Source: Eledone cirrhosa
Taxonomy: Eukaryota
Assembly: GCA_964016885.1 (NCBI GenBank)
Contig: OZ024741.1
Location: forward strand, 282,534,001 to 282,598,000
Length of the DNA stretch: 64,000 nucleotides
Direction: 5' to 3'
Part shown: positions 24,806 through 36,000 of the stretch, in pieces
Layout: every line of letters begins with the position of its first letter
How positions within the stretch are numbered: position 1 is the stretch's first letter
The notes under the pieces: model-generated
The model's input: the letters and a program-made list of their open reading frames with translations, nothing else
The model's database searches: none
What the model was told of the DNA's origin: nothing
Translations under genes and position numbers: made by a program

Positions 24806-25499
24806 GCAAGGTAAACTGATGCATGTAGAATTTTCCAAAATATGTAACAAAACACTTGCAGTAGGTTTGAACTCATGGTGTATGAACTGGTAGTGGAGTA
24901 CCCTATCTACTTGACCATTTCACTTATAACTATTCTACACCGCTGAACTTTATAAAGAATAAAGAACAAAGGGTCAGGAAGACTCTTCAACTGTCTCAAA
25001 AACATAACCCCCTTAGTGCTGGTGTTATGATAAAATGAACTGGGTAGATAATGGGGTCATATGTAAGCAAGATGCAGGCTCTTGTCTCATATGATAAATC
25101 ATTAGCTCTGCTTGAGTATTGACTCAGTCTGTGCAGTCTATGAAGACGTGTCCAATCCTTGCTAGCAGAGAAAATGGACACTAAATGATAACGAGGATTA
25201 AAGAACAACTGGCTTAGCAATGTTTTCTAACCTCAGAACACTGATTTAAAAGTAAAGTGAGAAAATATTTTTAACAGTAACCCACTTGGTATAAATTATA
25301 TATTGTATTCATTTATGTATGTATGGACCTGTAACTCCTGCTGATGTCATAGGTGTGCTGCTGTGCCATACAGAGTATCTTAGGCATTTATTAAACCTGG
25401 CAGAGCCCATCCCTCCCTAGGGCTGAATGTGGCCAATTTCTTCCGGAGAAGGAGAGAAGGAGAGAGTGAGAGAAAGGAAGTGCTAAAGAAATATAGAGG

Positions 25500-25840
25500 A
25501 AGAATTAACCCAATTACCAGACTGGTACTTTTTTTATTAACTTCAAAAGGATAAAAGCAAACTGACCTCAGCAAGATTTGAACTCAAAAAGTGCAGAGAG
25601 CTAAAACAAATACTGCGAATCATTCTAACTGATGACTCTGACGATTCACTGCCAATTCATTGCTGATTCACTTAATTTATAACCTTCTAGTGTGGTAAAT
25701 TGGATGAGTCATTAGAATGTCAGCTAGAATGCTTTGTAGCATTCATTCTCTAGGTATTGAGTTTAAATCCCATCAGGATCAACTTTGTTTTTCATCCTTT
25801 TAAGGATGAAAAAACTACCAGTCCAGTACCGGGATCAATT
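25500..25840. mobile_element. Two divergently oriented decayed MetaSINE-like copies
   Basis: CTGGTACTT...GATTTGAACTC on minus and GAGTTTAAATCCC..TTTCATCCTTT on plus. Confidence 0.55.
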
Positions 25841-26703
25841 CTTCCTCTATATCTCTTTTTCACTTCTTCTTCCTCTCTCTCTCTTTTTCTCTCTCTCTCT
25901 GGATGAAATCTAATGTGATTAGCCCTGGAAAGGTATGGGCTCTTCCAGATTTAAAATGCCTGTTCATGATATGTTGTATGTCATGAGGTATTAAGTGTTC
26001 TTACATAAAATACTAACCTCTAAATTGTGAAACTTTTCTTCAATATATGAATTTATGTGTGTTAGTAACTCTTCAAATGAATGCAGCAGCTATGTCTTCC
26101 CTCTAGCAAATCCCTTCTATCTCAAGTAACAGACAGTATTGATTAAATTGTATCATAAAATCTGATGTGATTTAATCAATATTCACAATGTGGCTTTGTG
26201 ATGATATGTAATAACTTTTTTTCTAAATATTCGCTAATTCAGCATTACATTTTCCATTTAAAAGACATATTACTAGAAATATCATCATTATCATCACCAT
26301 TTTATGTCTATTTTCCCTGCTTGGTTAGGGAGGTTGTCTGGTTCTGAGGCCAGACATGTCAGCTGACTGTGTCTTACTCATACATTCCATTTTGACTTGG
26401 TTTCTATGGTTGGATGCTCTTCCTAATGCTAACCACTTCATGGTGTATACTGAGTGTTTTCTCATGGCACCACCACAACCACCTAACAGGGTGGACTATA
26501 TCTACGAAAAATGTGATGATAAACTTGCAAGGCTTTAAATGAAAGAAATGTGTACTGCTATGTTCAATGTTTTATTATGAATCTAAATCCTTTCCTGCAT
26601 ATATATCTATTGGCAGACATTTGTTAATGTCAGCTAAGCTATGGAATTTCATTCAGTCATTATATTCGATCTGTAGCAAACAGTTTGAATACTCTAACAT
26701 TAA

Positions 26704-26764
26704 CCCTTTTATTACCATATTTTTAATGAAAAACACTTCCGAAAAAATATGGTCATGAGAAGGG
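26704..26764. mobile_element. 61-bp piggyBac-type mini element
   Basis: TTAA|CCCTTTTATTACCATATTTTT...AAAAATATGGTCATGAGAAGGG|TTAA. Confidence 0.75.
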
Positions 26765-26769
26765 TTAAA

Positions 26770-27420
26770 AATAGAGACATGAAAAGTTGGCTGAATTAAG
26801 TGGAGGAGGCATATTCGCAAGTGACGAAACAAAGGAAGCTGAATTAATTGCAAGAATTGCAAGAGCTGGTGCAGTAATGTGCCAGCTTCAGCATTCAGTC
26901 ATCAGAAGAAGGGAAGTTGGTATAAAAGCCAAACTCTCTATCTCCAATTTGGAAATCGTGCCAACTCTTACCTATGGTCATGAATCTTAGATAATGACCA
27001 AAATAATACGATCGCAAATACAAGCAGCTGAAACGGGGTTCCTCTGAATGATTTTTGGAGTAGCATTACTAGATAAAGTGCATGGCTCAGAGAACAGAGA
27101 GTTACTCCAGGTAGAGCTCCTACTTCTCTGAATTGGAAGATCGCAGCTCTGATATTAAAGACATGTGGTTAGAATGTCTCAGGGAAGAATTGCTGGACAG
27201 ATTTTTTGAGAAAAACCAACTGGTAGGAGACCAAGGAGTAGACACCGAACAAGATAGCCGGATAACATCTATAAACTTGGCTGGTCTTGCTTGGAGGTCC
27301 AGCCAGATCAGTTGGAGATGGTTGCTTCTGACTAGACCCACTGGAAGGTGTGCAGGAGGACTCTGCCTCCACAGCCCTCCCAGGAATTAGTGGACAAAGA
27401 AGATAAACAAAAAACGAAAA
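26770..27420 (+). mobile_element. RTE fragment of Expander/Rex3 type
   Basis: RIARAGAVMCQLQHSVIRRREVGIKAKLSI..VPTLTYGHES.IMT..IRSQIQAAE.GFL; no PHD insert seen. Confidence 0.75.
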
Positions 27421-27718
27421 CAAGAAAAAATAAAAGAGCATGTGGGATTATTTGTGAATCATGGCAGATAAGCATAGTGACAAGAGAGGTAACATAGTGA
27501 CAGGAGAGGTAACATAGTGACAGGAGAGGTAAGCATAGAAGCATTAGTGTGAGTGTAGAGACAGATTCATACATGTACAGCTACATGTCTGTAAACACAC
27601 ATAGCTGACAAATATAGTATGCATGTATGTGTGTAATGGGGTGAGTGAAGGGATAAAGAGAATGGGTGATGAGTTCAGTTCAGGTAGGTTCGAGGTTTGT
27701 AAACCAAATTATATATAT

Positions 27719-28061
27719 ACATGGCTTAGTGGTTAGAGCATTGGCCTTGCAATCGAAAGGTTGTGAGTTCAATTCTCAGACCGGGTGATGTGTTGTTTCC
27801 TTGAACAAGACACTTTATTTCATATTGCTCCAGTTTACTCAGCTGTAGAAATGAGATGATAGGGACTGGGGTCCATATCATTCCACTGCAAATTAGTCGT
27901 GGAGGTGCCACGGCAAAAAAACACCCAGCACTCACTGTAAATGAGGTTGGTGTTAGGAAGGGCATCCAGCTGTAGAAATCATGCCAGAATCAGTTCTCAT
28001 CCCACCCTTGCAAGCAGGGAAAAGTGGACGTAAAATGAAATGATGATGATGATGAATGATG
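27719..28061 (+). mobile_element. tRNA-head SINE with RTE tail
   Basis: TGGCTTAGTGGTTAGAGC / GAGTTCAATTC boxes, RTE 3' UTR tail, (GAT)n. Confidence 0.9.
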
Positions 28062-28082
28062 ATATATATATATATATATATA

Positions 28083-28140
28083 TAGGAAAAAGTATGACCC
28101 AACGGCTTGAGCTCTGCCGTCGGGGTCATACTTTTTCCTA
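28083..28140. repeat. Strong hairpin in a short non-autonomous element (possibly Crypton-like)
   Basis: TAGGAAAAAGTATGACCC-AACGGC...GCCGTCG-GGGTCATACTTTTTCCTA. Confidence 0.7.
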
Positions 28141-28246
28141 TTACCCACTCTACTGCCCTAAGTGTTGAGTACTCTGGTGCGTTATGGTCCATCCAGTTCC
28201 TTACCACAATTCCTTCATTATATACATACATACATACATACATACA

Positions 28247-28282
<36 letters not shown>

Positions 28283-28287
28283 TATAT

Positions 28288-28630
28288 GGAGGCACATGGC
28301 TTAATGGTTAGAGCATTGGCCTTGCAATCGAAAGGTTGTGAGTTCAATTCTCAGACTGGGTGATGTGTTGTTTCCTTGAGCAAGACACTTTATTTCACAT
28401 TGCTCCAGTTTACTCAGCTGTAGAAATGAGATGACAGGACTGGGGTCCCTATCATTCCACTGCAAAGTGGTCGTGGAGGTGCCACGGCAAAAAAGCACCC
28501 AGCACTCACTGTAAATGAGGTTGGTGTTAGGAAGGGCATCCAGCTGTAGAAATCAAGCCAGAATCAGTTCCCGTCCCACCCTTGCAAGCAGGGAAAAGCG
28601 GATATAAAATGATGATGATGATGATGATGA
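28288..28630 (+). mobile_element. tRNA-head SINE with RTE tail, full length
   Basis: Starts GGAGGCACATGGC; pol III boxes; tail nearly identical to parts of the RTE 3' UTR at 40324-40585. Confidence 0.92.
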
Positions 28631-28915
28631 TATATATGTGTGAGTACACCTATATATATGTATGTATCATCATCATCATCGTTTAATAATAATAATAATA
28701 ATAATAAAATATATATGGGATAACAAGTTATCATTATAGGTAATCCAGTTAGCTCTGCGTCGTGTATAGTTTTAACGTACAGCTTTTTTTTACTCAACAA
28801 GATGCTTCCATAGTTATGCAGCGAGTTCACGGTAATTTTTATGCAGGTTGGAGTAATAATAGTTAAAGAATGAAGATTAACATGGTTGGTTGTACAATAA
28901 GGGCTTTATTTAAAG

Positions 28916-29030
28916 TACTGACAATTGTTTCGTTGATCATGTGGGTCTAGAGTTCGCTAATCGCTAATCGCTTGATGTTGCGTTATTCGATCTCCAATAC
29001 ATTATTCACTATGGTCAACACATCAGAGTA
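28916..29030 (-). ncRNA. Type I hammerhead motif, long stem II, A9U variant
   Basis: TACT-CTGATGT-GTTGACCAT...ATGATCAAC-GAAAC-AATT-GTC-AGTA, then AATAAA. Confidence 0.68.
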
Positions 29031-29492
29031 TGTAGATATGAAAATAATTCACTCAAGGCAAGACTTATACAGAGAAATAGCGTATAATTAAAACAATAAC
29101 ATCAATAATAAAATAGCGTATAATCTAAACAATAACATCAATAATAATACATGTATGGTAAATAGGTAGAGAAGTTACAGATGTAAAAAGTAGAATATAA
29201 GATAGGGTACATAAAAAAGTAAGTTGTGAGAGTCCAGCAGAAAGAGGATTTGCTTCGAAATCGCTAGACCTATCTGAGGAACTTGCGAATCCAGAGTCAG
29301 GTTCGATCCACAAACAGATTGCACCTCGAGCTGTTCGCTGGAGAAACATTTGTAATACGTAATAAATTTGTGTTCCGATGCATCACTGATTCTTCGATTT
29401 CCATATTATGATACTCTGCTTCAAAGGAGCATAGAGTGCTCAACCGGCATACCGCCTACGGACGCATCCAAACAACCTTACCACAAATATAT

Positions 29493-29782
29493 ATCATCAT
29501 TTCATTTTCATTTCATTTTACGTCCGCTTTTCCCTGCTTGCAAGGGTGGGACGGGAACTGATTCTGGCTTGATTTCTACAGCTGGGTGCCCTTCCTAACA
29601 CCAACCTCATTTACAGTGAGTGCTGGGTGCTTTTTTGCCATGGCACCTCCACGACCACTTTGCAGTGGAATGATAGGGACCCCAGTCCCTATCATCTCAT
29701 TTCTACAGCTGAGTAAACTGGAGCAATGTGAAATAAAGTGTCTTGTTCAAGGAAACAACACATCACTCGGTCTGAGAATTGA
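29493..29782 (-). mobile_element. 5'-truncated tRNA-head SINE with RTE tail
   Basis: Reverse complement of the 28288 family, lacking the A-box. Confidence 0.9.
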
Positions 29783-29983
29783 ATATATATATATATAGTT
29801 GTTATATAGTAAGATGCATTATTGGCTGTGTAAAATGGTCCAATAACTTTATGTTAGCAATATTAAGTTCTCCACACTTTTGTATATCTCCAATTCCAAT
29901 CAAGGGAACAGCTAGATGATGTAAAACGGAGTATAAGTATCAAAATGAAAATCCAGAGGCAAGGTAAAATTCCAAGCATTTAA

Positions 29984-30057
29984 TCACGACACATGTTTCA
30001 ATAAGAGATAGATCGATTGTGAAGCCTTGATCGATTATCACTGATCTCATCAGGTGA
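29984..30057 (-). ncRNA. Type I hammerhead motif
   Basis: TCAC-CTGATGA-GATCAGTGATA...TATCTCTTATT-GAAAC-ATGT-GTC-GTGA. Confidence 0.75.
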
Positions 30058-30284
30058 AAATGAATTGTCTTCAAATTCTTGATATGAGGGAGAAAAAAAA
30101 ACAGATTTGATTGATGTCCAACGTCTTTTGCAGCGATAGAAATCTGAAAACTTTTATGACCTCAACTGGAGCTAATAGCAGTCGCCGTGTTTCTGACTGG
30201 TGTGTCTCCATATGAGGGAATGAAATCTGTGAGAGAACATCGTTATTTTCTCCCACATATCAAGAATTTGAAGACAATTCATTT

Positions 30285-30331
30285 TCACCTGATGAGATCA
30301 GTGATATCTCTTATTGAAACATGTGTCATGA
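30285..30331 (+). ncRNA. Hammerhead motif, arm copy with 27-nt shorter stem II
   Basis: TCAC-CTGATGA-GATCAGTGATATCTCTTATT-GAAACATGTGTC-ATGA. Confidence 0.6.
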
Positions 30332-30411
30332 TTAAATGATTGGAATTTTACCTTGCCTTCGGATTTTCATTTTGATATATATATATATATATAAGTTTTA
30401 ATATAGATGAG

Positions 30412-30454
30412 ATTCTACAGGACTAGAACTGTTTCATTCTTTAGAAATCATCAG

Positions 30455-30458
<4 letters not shown>
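30412..30458 (-). ncRNA. Type I hammerhead motif (family of 45314)
   Basis: ATTC-CTGATGA-T-TTCT-AA-AGAA-T-GAAACAG-TTCTAGTC-CTGTA-GAAT. Confidence 0.75.
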
Positions 30459-30543
<85 letters not shown>

Positions 30544-30951
30544 TATACATATATATACATATATATACACAATGCATTGGTGTGTCTCAAGTAACATATT
30601 TGTATGATAGTGGATTGTGTAGTTTTTCCGTAGTGCATGTGGTTTAGAGTAAGGTAAAAAGAGTAAGCTATAGGAAGCTGAAAGGGAGAAGCTAGAATGT
30701 AATAAAATACAATAAACAAGATAAAACTTGTTTAAAATGGTATATCTTTTATGTTTTATTATTTGTTTAGGTAAAGGTAAATGTGAAGAAAGATGTTAAA
30801 AGTTGAGTGTGTGAGGTCTAAAATTAGGGTTAGGGTTAGAGTTAAAATTAAGATTAGAATTAGTGTTAGTACTATTTTTAGAATAGTTACCATGAATGGT
30901 TATGTGGCTACAGTCTACTAGTCTTGTTCATGGGTTAGTATTGTTCACTTG

Positions 30952-30993
30952 ATAGTAAGCACTTTCGGATTTTATAATCCTTCTTCAAACTAT
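30952..30993 (-). ncRNA. Minimal hammerhead motif (C3U variant) in a Penelope-like 3' UTR
   Basis: ATAGT-TTGAAGA-A-GGATT-ATAA-AATCC-GAAAG-TG-CTT-ACTAT. Confidence 0.68.
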
Positions 30994-31059
30994 GTTAATC
31001 TAATTCCTGGCTTGGCAAATCCATTACCAATTGGAATACGTGTACAGGTGTTTCCATGT

Positions 31060-31500
31060 GTCTAGGTCACTCCAACAGTTTAGGGTAGGCACTCGCTTCC
31101 TAATAAAATGGGCCTCCGTTATTCTTAGGTCAACCGTATTTCTTAACTCTGCAAGTATTTTTGTGGTCATTGCACATATTTCTTTGTGTTGAAATACTGC
31201 ACTTCAAGGTGTTGCTTTTTCAAAATGTTTGAGTATTCACTTATGAACTTGGCATTTTGTGGAACTGATGTAGTTGGCTCTGCACATGCAGTTCAACTCA
31301 TACACTACATGGTCTCTCAGGCATATTGGTTTTGTATTGTTGTTGTTGTTAATTCCTGTTGTAGTGTGTTCCCTGACAGGGCATCTTCAAAGGCAGCAAG
31401 TGTCTTTGATGCTCTGCACAAGGTGTTGCCTTAATGTTCTTCCACACCTTGTTATTCGTGCAGTGTGTATCTGGTTAAATAAGTATGCCTGCATGTTGTA
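31060..31500 (-). pseudogene. Penelope-like GIY-YIG endonuclease relic
   Basis: Hand translation PICLRDHVVYELNCMCRANYISSTK...SAVFQHKEIC..KILAELRNTVDLRITEAHFIRKRVPTLN. Confidence 0.85.
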
Positions 31501-31509
31501 AGAAACAAT

Positions 31510-31743
31510 GAAATGGATTCCCTATGTCTGCTCAACTTTACCCTCACCGTGGCTTCTGAAAAGGCCAACATCAGCTTCTATGAGAAAGAAGCCAAGAGAG
31601 ATGTCTCCCTCCACCCAGACTCAGCATATCCACAAAGCTTAAAATACCACATGGCCTGGAAGGAACTTATACACTGCATGGACAGATGCGACGAGGCCAC
31701 TCAAGCAAGATCCATTATAAGTAACTTTTGGAAACTGACATAA
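31510..31743 (+). pseudogene. Penelope-like RT C-terminal/thumb fragment, inverted relative to the GIY-YIG piece
   Basis: SFYEKEAKRDVSLHPDSAYPQSLK resembles the PLE FYxK...LHxxSAHP..K motif. Confidence 0.7.
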
Positions 31744-31789
31744 ATCAGTTGACAGTGACTTTGAAATTATACTAAAACTGTCTTCTTAA

Positions 31790-32150
31790 ACCCTCTTCCC
31801 ATTCGAGGGAGGTAAATCCCTTATCTGTGACGTGACAGGCTGTGATACATTCTCTGTCTTCAAATAAGTCACTTTAGCCACAAACCCCAGTACCATGACC
31901 CCCAATGCAGAGGACAGGAAGACATGCAAATACCAGGGCTTGTCTGGTCGCTTCCTCTTTGCACCAGTCACCATGAGACCTCAGGTGTCCTCAGATTCCA
32001 TACAGCTGACCTCCTCCATAAAATTGGAATGACAGTAACCCATCTGAGGAAGGAACCCAGCAAAATGGGGTGGTTGTTGCAGCAGGTGTTGCTGGCCATT
32101 GTCCATGGCAATGCTTTTGCCATTTTATCTGTGGGGTGCAGCTGAAACAC
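31790..32150 (+). mobile_element. CRE-clade non-LTR retrotransposon 3' fragment (RLE domain)
   Basis: PFEGGKSLI.DVTGCDT...AEDRKTCKYQGL..FLFAPVT.ETSG...LLAIVHGNAFAIL. Confidence 0.75.
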
Positions 32151-32449
32151 CACCCTGGCTTAGGTGTAGATTCTGTCACCCTTCCCCCTTCCCATTTTCT
32201 TTCATTGCTTAAACATATTAGTCCCCCCCCCCTTCTCCTCTCATTTAAGCACTCTACATCATGTGTTTAAAAAGTCGGTTCAGAGCTACATCAAAGTTCC
32301 TGTCAACTATTTAAAAATATATATTAATAGTACTTTACATATTGAGTTTCTATAATTTGTTACGGTTTGTTATTTTTATTTAGTTAAACACTCCCTACAA
32401 CAGACTGACAGAGAAGGAAGACTTCCTATGTGGCAAATGCAAGATGATC

Positions 32450-32968
32450 TATGAAATAGTTGCTTGGATGGCTTCATAGGTGACCTAAATTTAAAACATA
32501 GTAGTTAGAGTAAGAGCATGGAAGAAAAGGTTCAGGGATCTATTACACCTCTGCTGGCGACAACAGGATTCTCTCTTTGAGTGAAAAGTAGATTATATGA
32601 TGCTTGTGTATAAAAATATGGATATTGAGTGCAGTGGGTGTGGGAAGGCTGGAAAGAAATGAAGCTAGTTAGAACACATGTAATGTTAGTGTGCAAGGAT
32701 GGAGCACAAAGGAACTGAGAGCAAAACTAGATATAAGAGGAATCAGATGTGGTGTGCAAGGGAGAGAATTATACTGATATGGACATGGCAGATGAGAGTT
32801 GGGTAAAGAAGTGCCAAGAGATTCAAATGGAAGGAACCTGAAGAATAGAAAGATGAAGGAAGACATGGGTAGAAGTTGAACTTTATGAAGGAGAACGTGA
32901 CTCTAACAACTGATAAGATGGTGTGTTAGGAGACAAGGCTGACTCATGGACATAAACATGATGATGAC
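32450..32968 (+). mobile_element. Very old RTE 3' fragment
   Basis: Degenerate match to the RTE C-terminal region (GATTATATGATGCTTGTGT, ATAAGAGGAATCAGATGTGG) and tail. Confidence 0.7.
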
Positions 32969-33074
32969 AACTCACACACACACACATATATACAAATATT
33001 GATGTAAATATAATATACCTATATATACATATATATGTGTGTGTACATGTATAAGTATATATTATAAATATATA

Positions 33075-36000
33075 TCCACCCCCCAAAAAGTACTTTTACC
33101 AACACCAACTCCCAAACCACAACAACAACAACAACACACAAAACAAGCAAACACACAAAAACAAACAACTGTTCAACCACAAACAACAGAAAAAACACAA
33201 ACAATTCCCCTGAAAAACACAGTCCCACCCATCCCACTTTTGTAAAAGGAGACTCTCAACCACACCTAAAACTAATAAGGGTTTCGATAGAAACCTTTCA
33301 GAAATTGAAAGAACAGTTTTCACAGGACGTTGGCAACCCCTGCAAAAAACCAATAAACCGTGTCCTGTTGAAATGTTTCCCCATCCCACTCAACACCCCC
33401 ACCAGAACTGAAATGGAGATTGAACAACCCGATCTCCAGGAAACGAAAAGGTAAGTGCACCTTTCGTCCTTTTCGGCAACTCTTCTCCACCAACATGGCT
33501 GACTTTCAAGTTGGAAGCGTGAATGTGCGTGGCCTAGGGATGCCCTGGAAACAGGGCCAACTTTTAAATGACCTTAGGTCATACGGTATAGATGTAATAG
33601 CCATCACTGAGTCCAGAATCCACAACACGCAGCAACTAACCCCCATCTTCAATGACTTTGAGATCTACGCATCTCTCTGTCAGCCGGGAGGTGGAGGGGG
33701 AGTGACTGTCATGTTTCGATAAAACCTGGATCTCGAAGTACAGCAAGTACACTTGGACCTGGAGGGTAGACTGGTAGTCCTAGACGTGAACAGTATTGGA
33801 GGTGGAGCCTTCAGACTGGTGGCCATTTATGCCCTGACCGGGCAATCACAATCGCGGCCAGACTTCTTTAAGAATCTAGAGTCTTTTCTGGGAATGTCTC
33901 ACTTCTTGCTTTTAGTGGGGGACTGGAATGGTATCCTAGATGCACGATGGGACTATGTGGGAGCATGTCCCAGTAGAGTGGAGTGCAACAGCCTCAAAAA
34001 TCTAATCAGCCAATTCCAACTGGCCGATAGATATCGACTAGATTTCCCGACTGCACCACAGTGGACGTGGGAAAACCGCAGCGGGACATCTAGATCGTAT
34101 CTAGATAGGTTTTTCATTAGAGAAAAGGACAAGAAGATGTTAAGCTGTCCACAAATGCACATGGTTGCCTATTCAGATCACAAACTAGTCGTCTGCATAG
34201 TCAACCGTGATAGAATACATAGACAAGGACCTGGATACTGGAAGCTGAATGTGTCGTTGCCGGCACGAAAAGCCTACAGTGAACGGTAAGTAGATTAGTT
34301 AAGCAAGTGTTGACGGGAGCCATCGTCAACAATAGATGGTGGTACTCTCTCAAGAGAGCAATTAGAGTAGAATCGATAGGGTTTAGCAGAGAATTAGCTT
34401 TAGAGAAAAAAAATCAGAAACAGAACTAGTAGCCAAGGTAGAAGAGGCGCTTAGGAGTGGCAACGCAGCTAGAGTACGACACTGGACCAGTTCTTCGACG
34501 CGAAACCTCAATGGCCTGCCGCGTCTCTTGAGCATGGACGCCGAGTTCTGCAAAAGACCGATCACAGCCACTGAGATATGGGACGCTCTGGGCCGCTGCG
34601 GGAAATGCAGATCACCCGGTCTAGACAGTCTACCCTATGAGTTTTACATAGGCATGCCGGACTTGTTCTCTGGTGTCCTCGAAGCCGTCTACTGCAATTG
34701 GCAGCAGAACGGGACAATCCCCAGTTCTGCAGGCAAGAGCATAGTAATGCTGATCAGGAAAGACGAGAACAAGGGGGACGAAATAAACAATTTCAGGCCC
34801 ATAACTCTGCTCAACAAAGAGTTAAAGATTTTGGCCAAGGTGCTAGCAACGAGGCTGGCGTTTGTCGTCGAAAACCTGGTAGGGAAAGTGCAATCCCGAA
34901 CAGGTCCATACACGACAACCTCCACTTCATGTGATACATCATAGAGAGGGTGGGGTGTAAACGCAGCTTCGGTGGGCTCTGATCAATTTAGATCAGTCTA
35001 AGGCATTGAATAGGGTCGACTATCGATACTTGGAAGTGGTTCTCAAGGCGGCCGGTTTCGGTCCCTTTTCAGGGGCTGGATCAAGGCGATGCACACCAGC
35101 ATCTGCTCGAGGGTCAAGGTGAACGGCTACCTATCGGAGCCGTTCGCAATCACGCGTTCCATTTGATAGGATGCCTTCTCTCCTCCATTCTGTACGTATT
35201 GACTCTACTGCGGAAGCTGGAGCACTGCGAAAAGCGGCGTTGGCTTATGCCGACGACGTTACGGTAATGGTGTCGAAAACCTCGGAAATCAAGGTAATCG
35301 GCAACCTATTACAGGAATATGAAAGGTTCACAGGAGCAAAACTGAACCCGGACAAGTCTGTCGGCTTGCAACTCGGAACGTGGAGAGGCAAACCGATGCC
35401 GTCCGACAGCGTCGTGAGACTCTGGACAGAAGGACCAGTGACATTGCTCAGGGTCTTGTTCGGTGCAGACCTCCAGGTGGAGAAAAACTGGAACGAGGTC
35501 ATGGCCAAGGTATTTGCGCTCACCCAGAAGTGGGCAGAGTGCAAACTGTCTTTGAAAGATCGAGCGGAGGTGGCGAACACTTTCATAGCGTCCGTCATCT
35601 ACTACCGCTTGACTGTCGTGCCTTGTCCCTGTGAATACCTCACCAAGATGAAATGCATGCTCTTCCAGTTCCTGTGGAAGAAGCAAGCTCCACTGGTGAG
35701 GAGATCTGTCTGCTGTCAACACCCTTCCAACGGAGGGCTGGGCATGCCGTGGCTAATGATGCGCAAACATGCGCTGAGGCTATGGCATCTCCAGGTATTC
35801 CTCACCGACCAACCGGTGTGGGCACCGTTTGTGAGACAGGCCTTCCCACATCTTGTCTCGCTGACGGAGCTGCAGTACTGGGTGAAGTGAAGACCGAAGA
35901 AGATGGGCGCCTGGTACATTGAATGCGCCCAGGCGCTCACAGTTCTCTGTCAAGCGGGCACAGCAATCCACTTCGACATTCTATAGAGGGTTAGTACTTT

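Larger units (their letters stand above)
29938..30377. mobile_element. Fold-back element with a hammerhead in each arm (probable Penelope-like remnant)
   Basis: Arms 29938-30096 and 30246-30377 are reverse complements. Confidence 0.75.

Noticed and set aside
28288-28360. tRNA genes at SINE heads
   Set aside because: A/B boxes are present but run into SINE body and LINE tail; no convincing full cloverleaf.
20277-29798. Recurrent ORFs beginning MPFLTPTSF
   Set aside because: Antisense translation of SINE copies, not a gene family.
30824-30870. Telomere array
   Set aside because: Only two perfect TTAGGG units, rapidly degenerating; interstitial.
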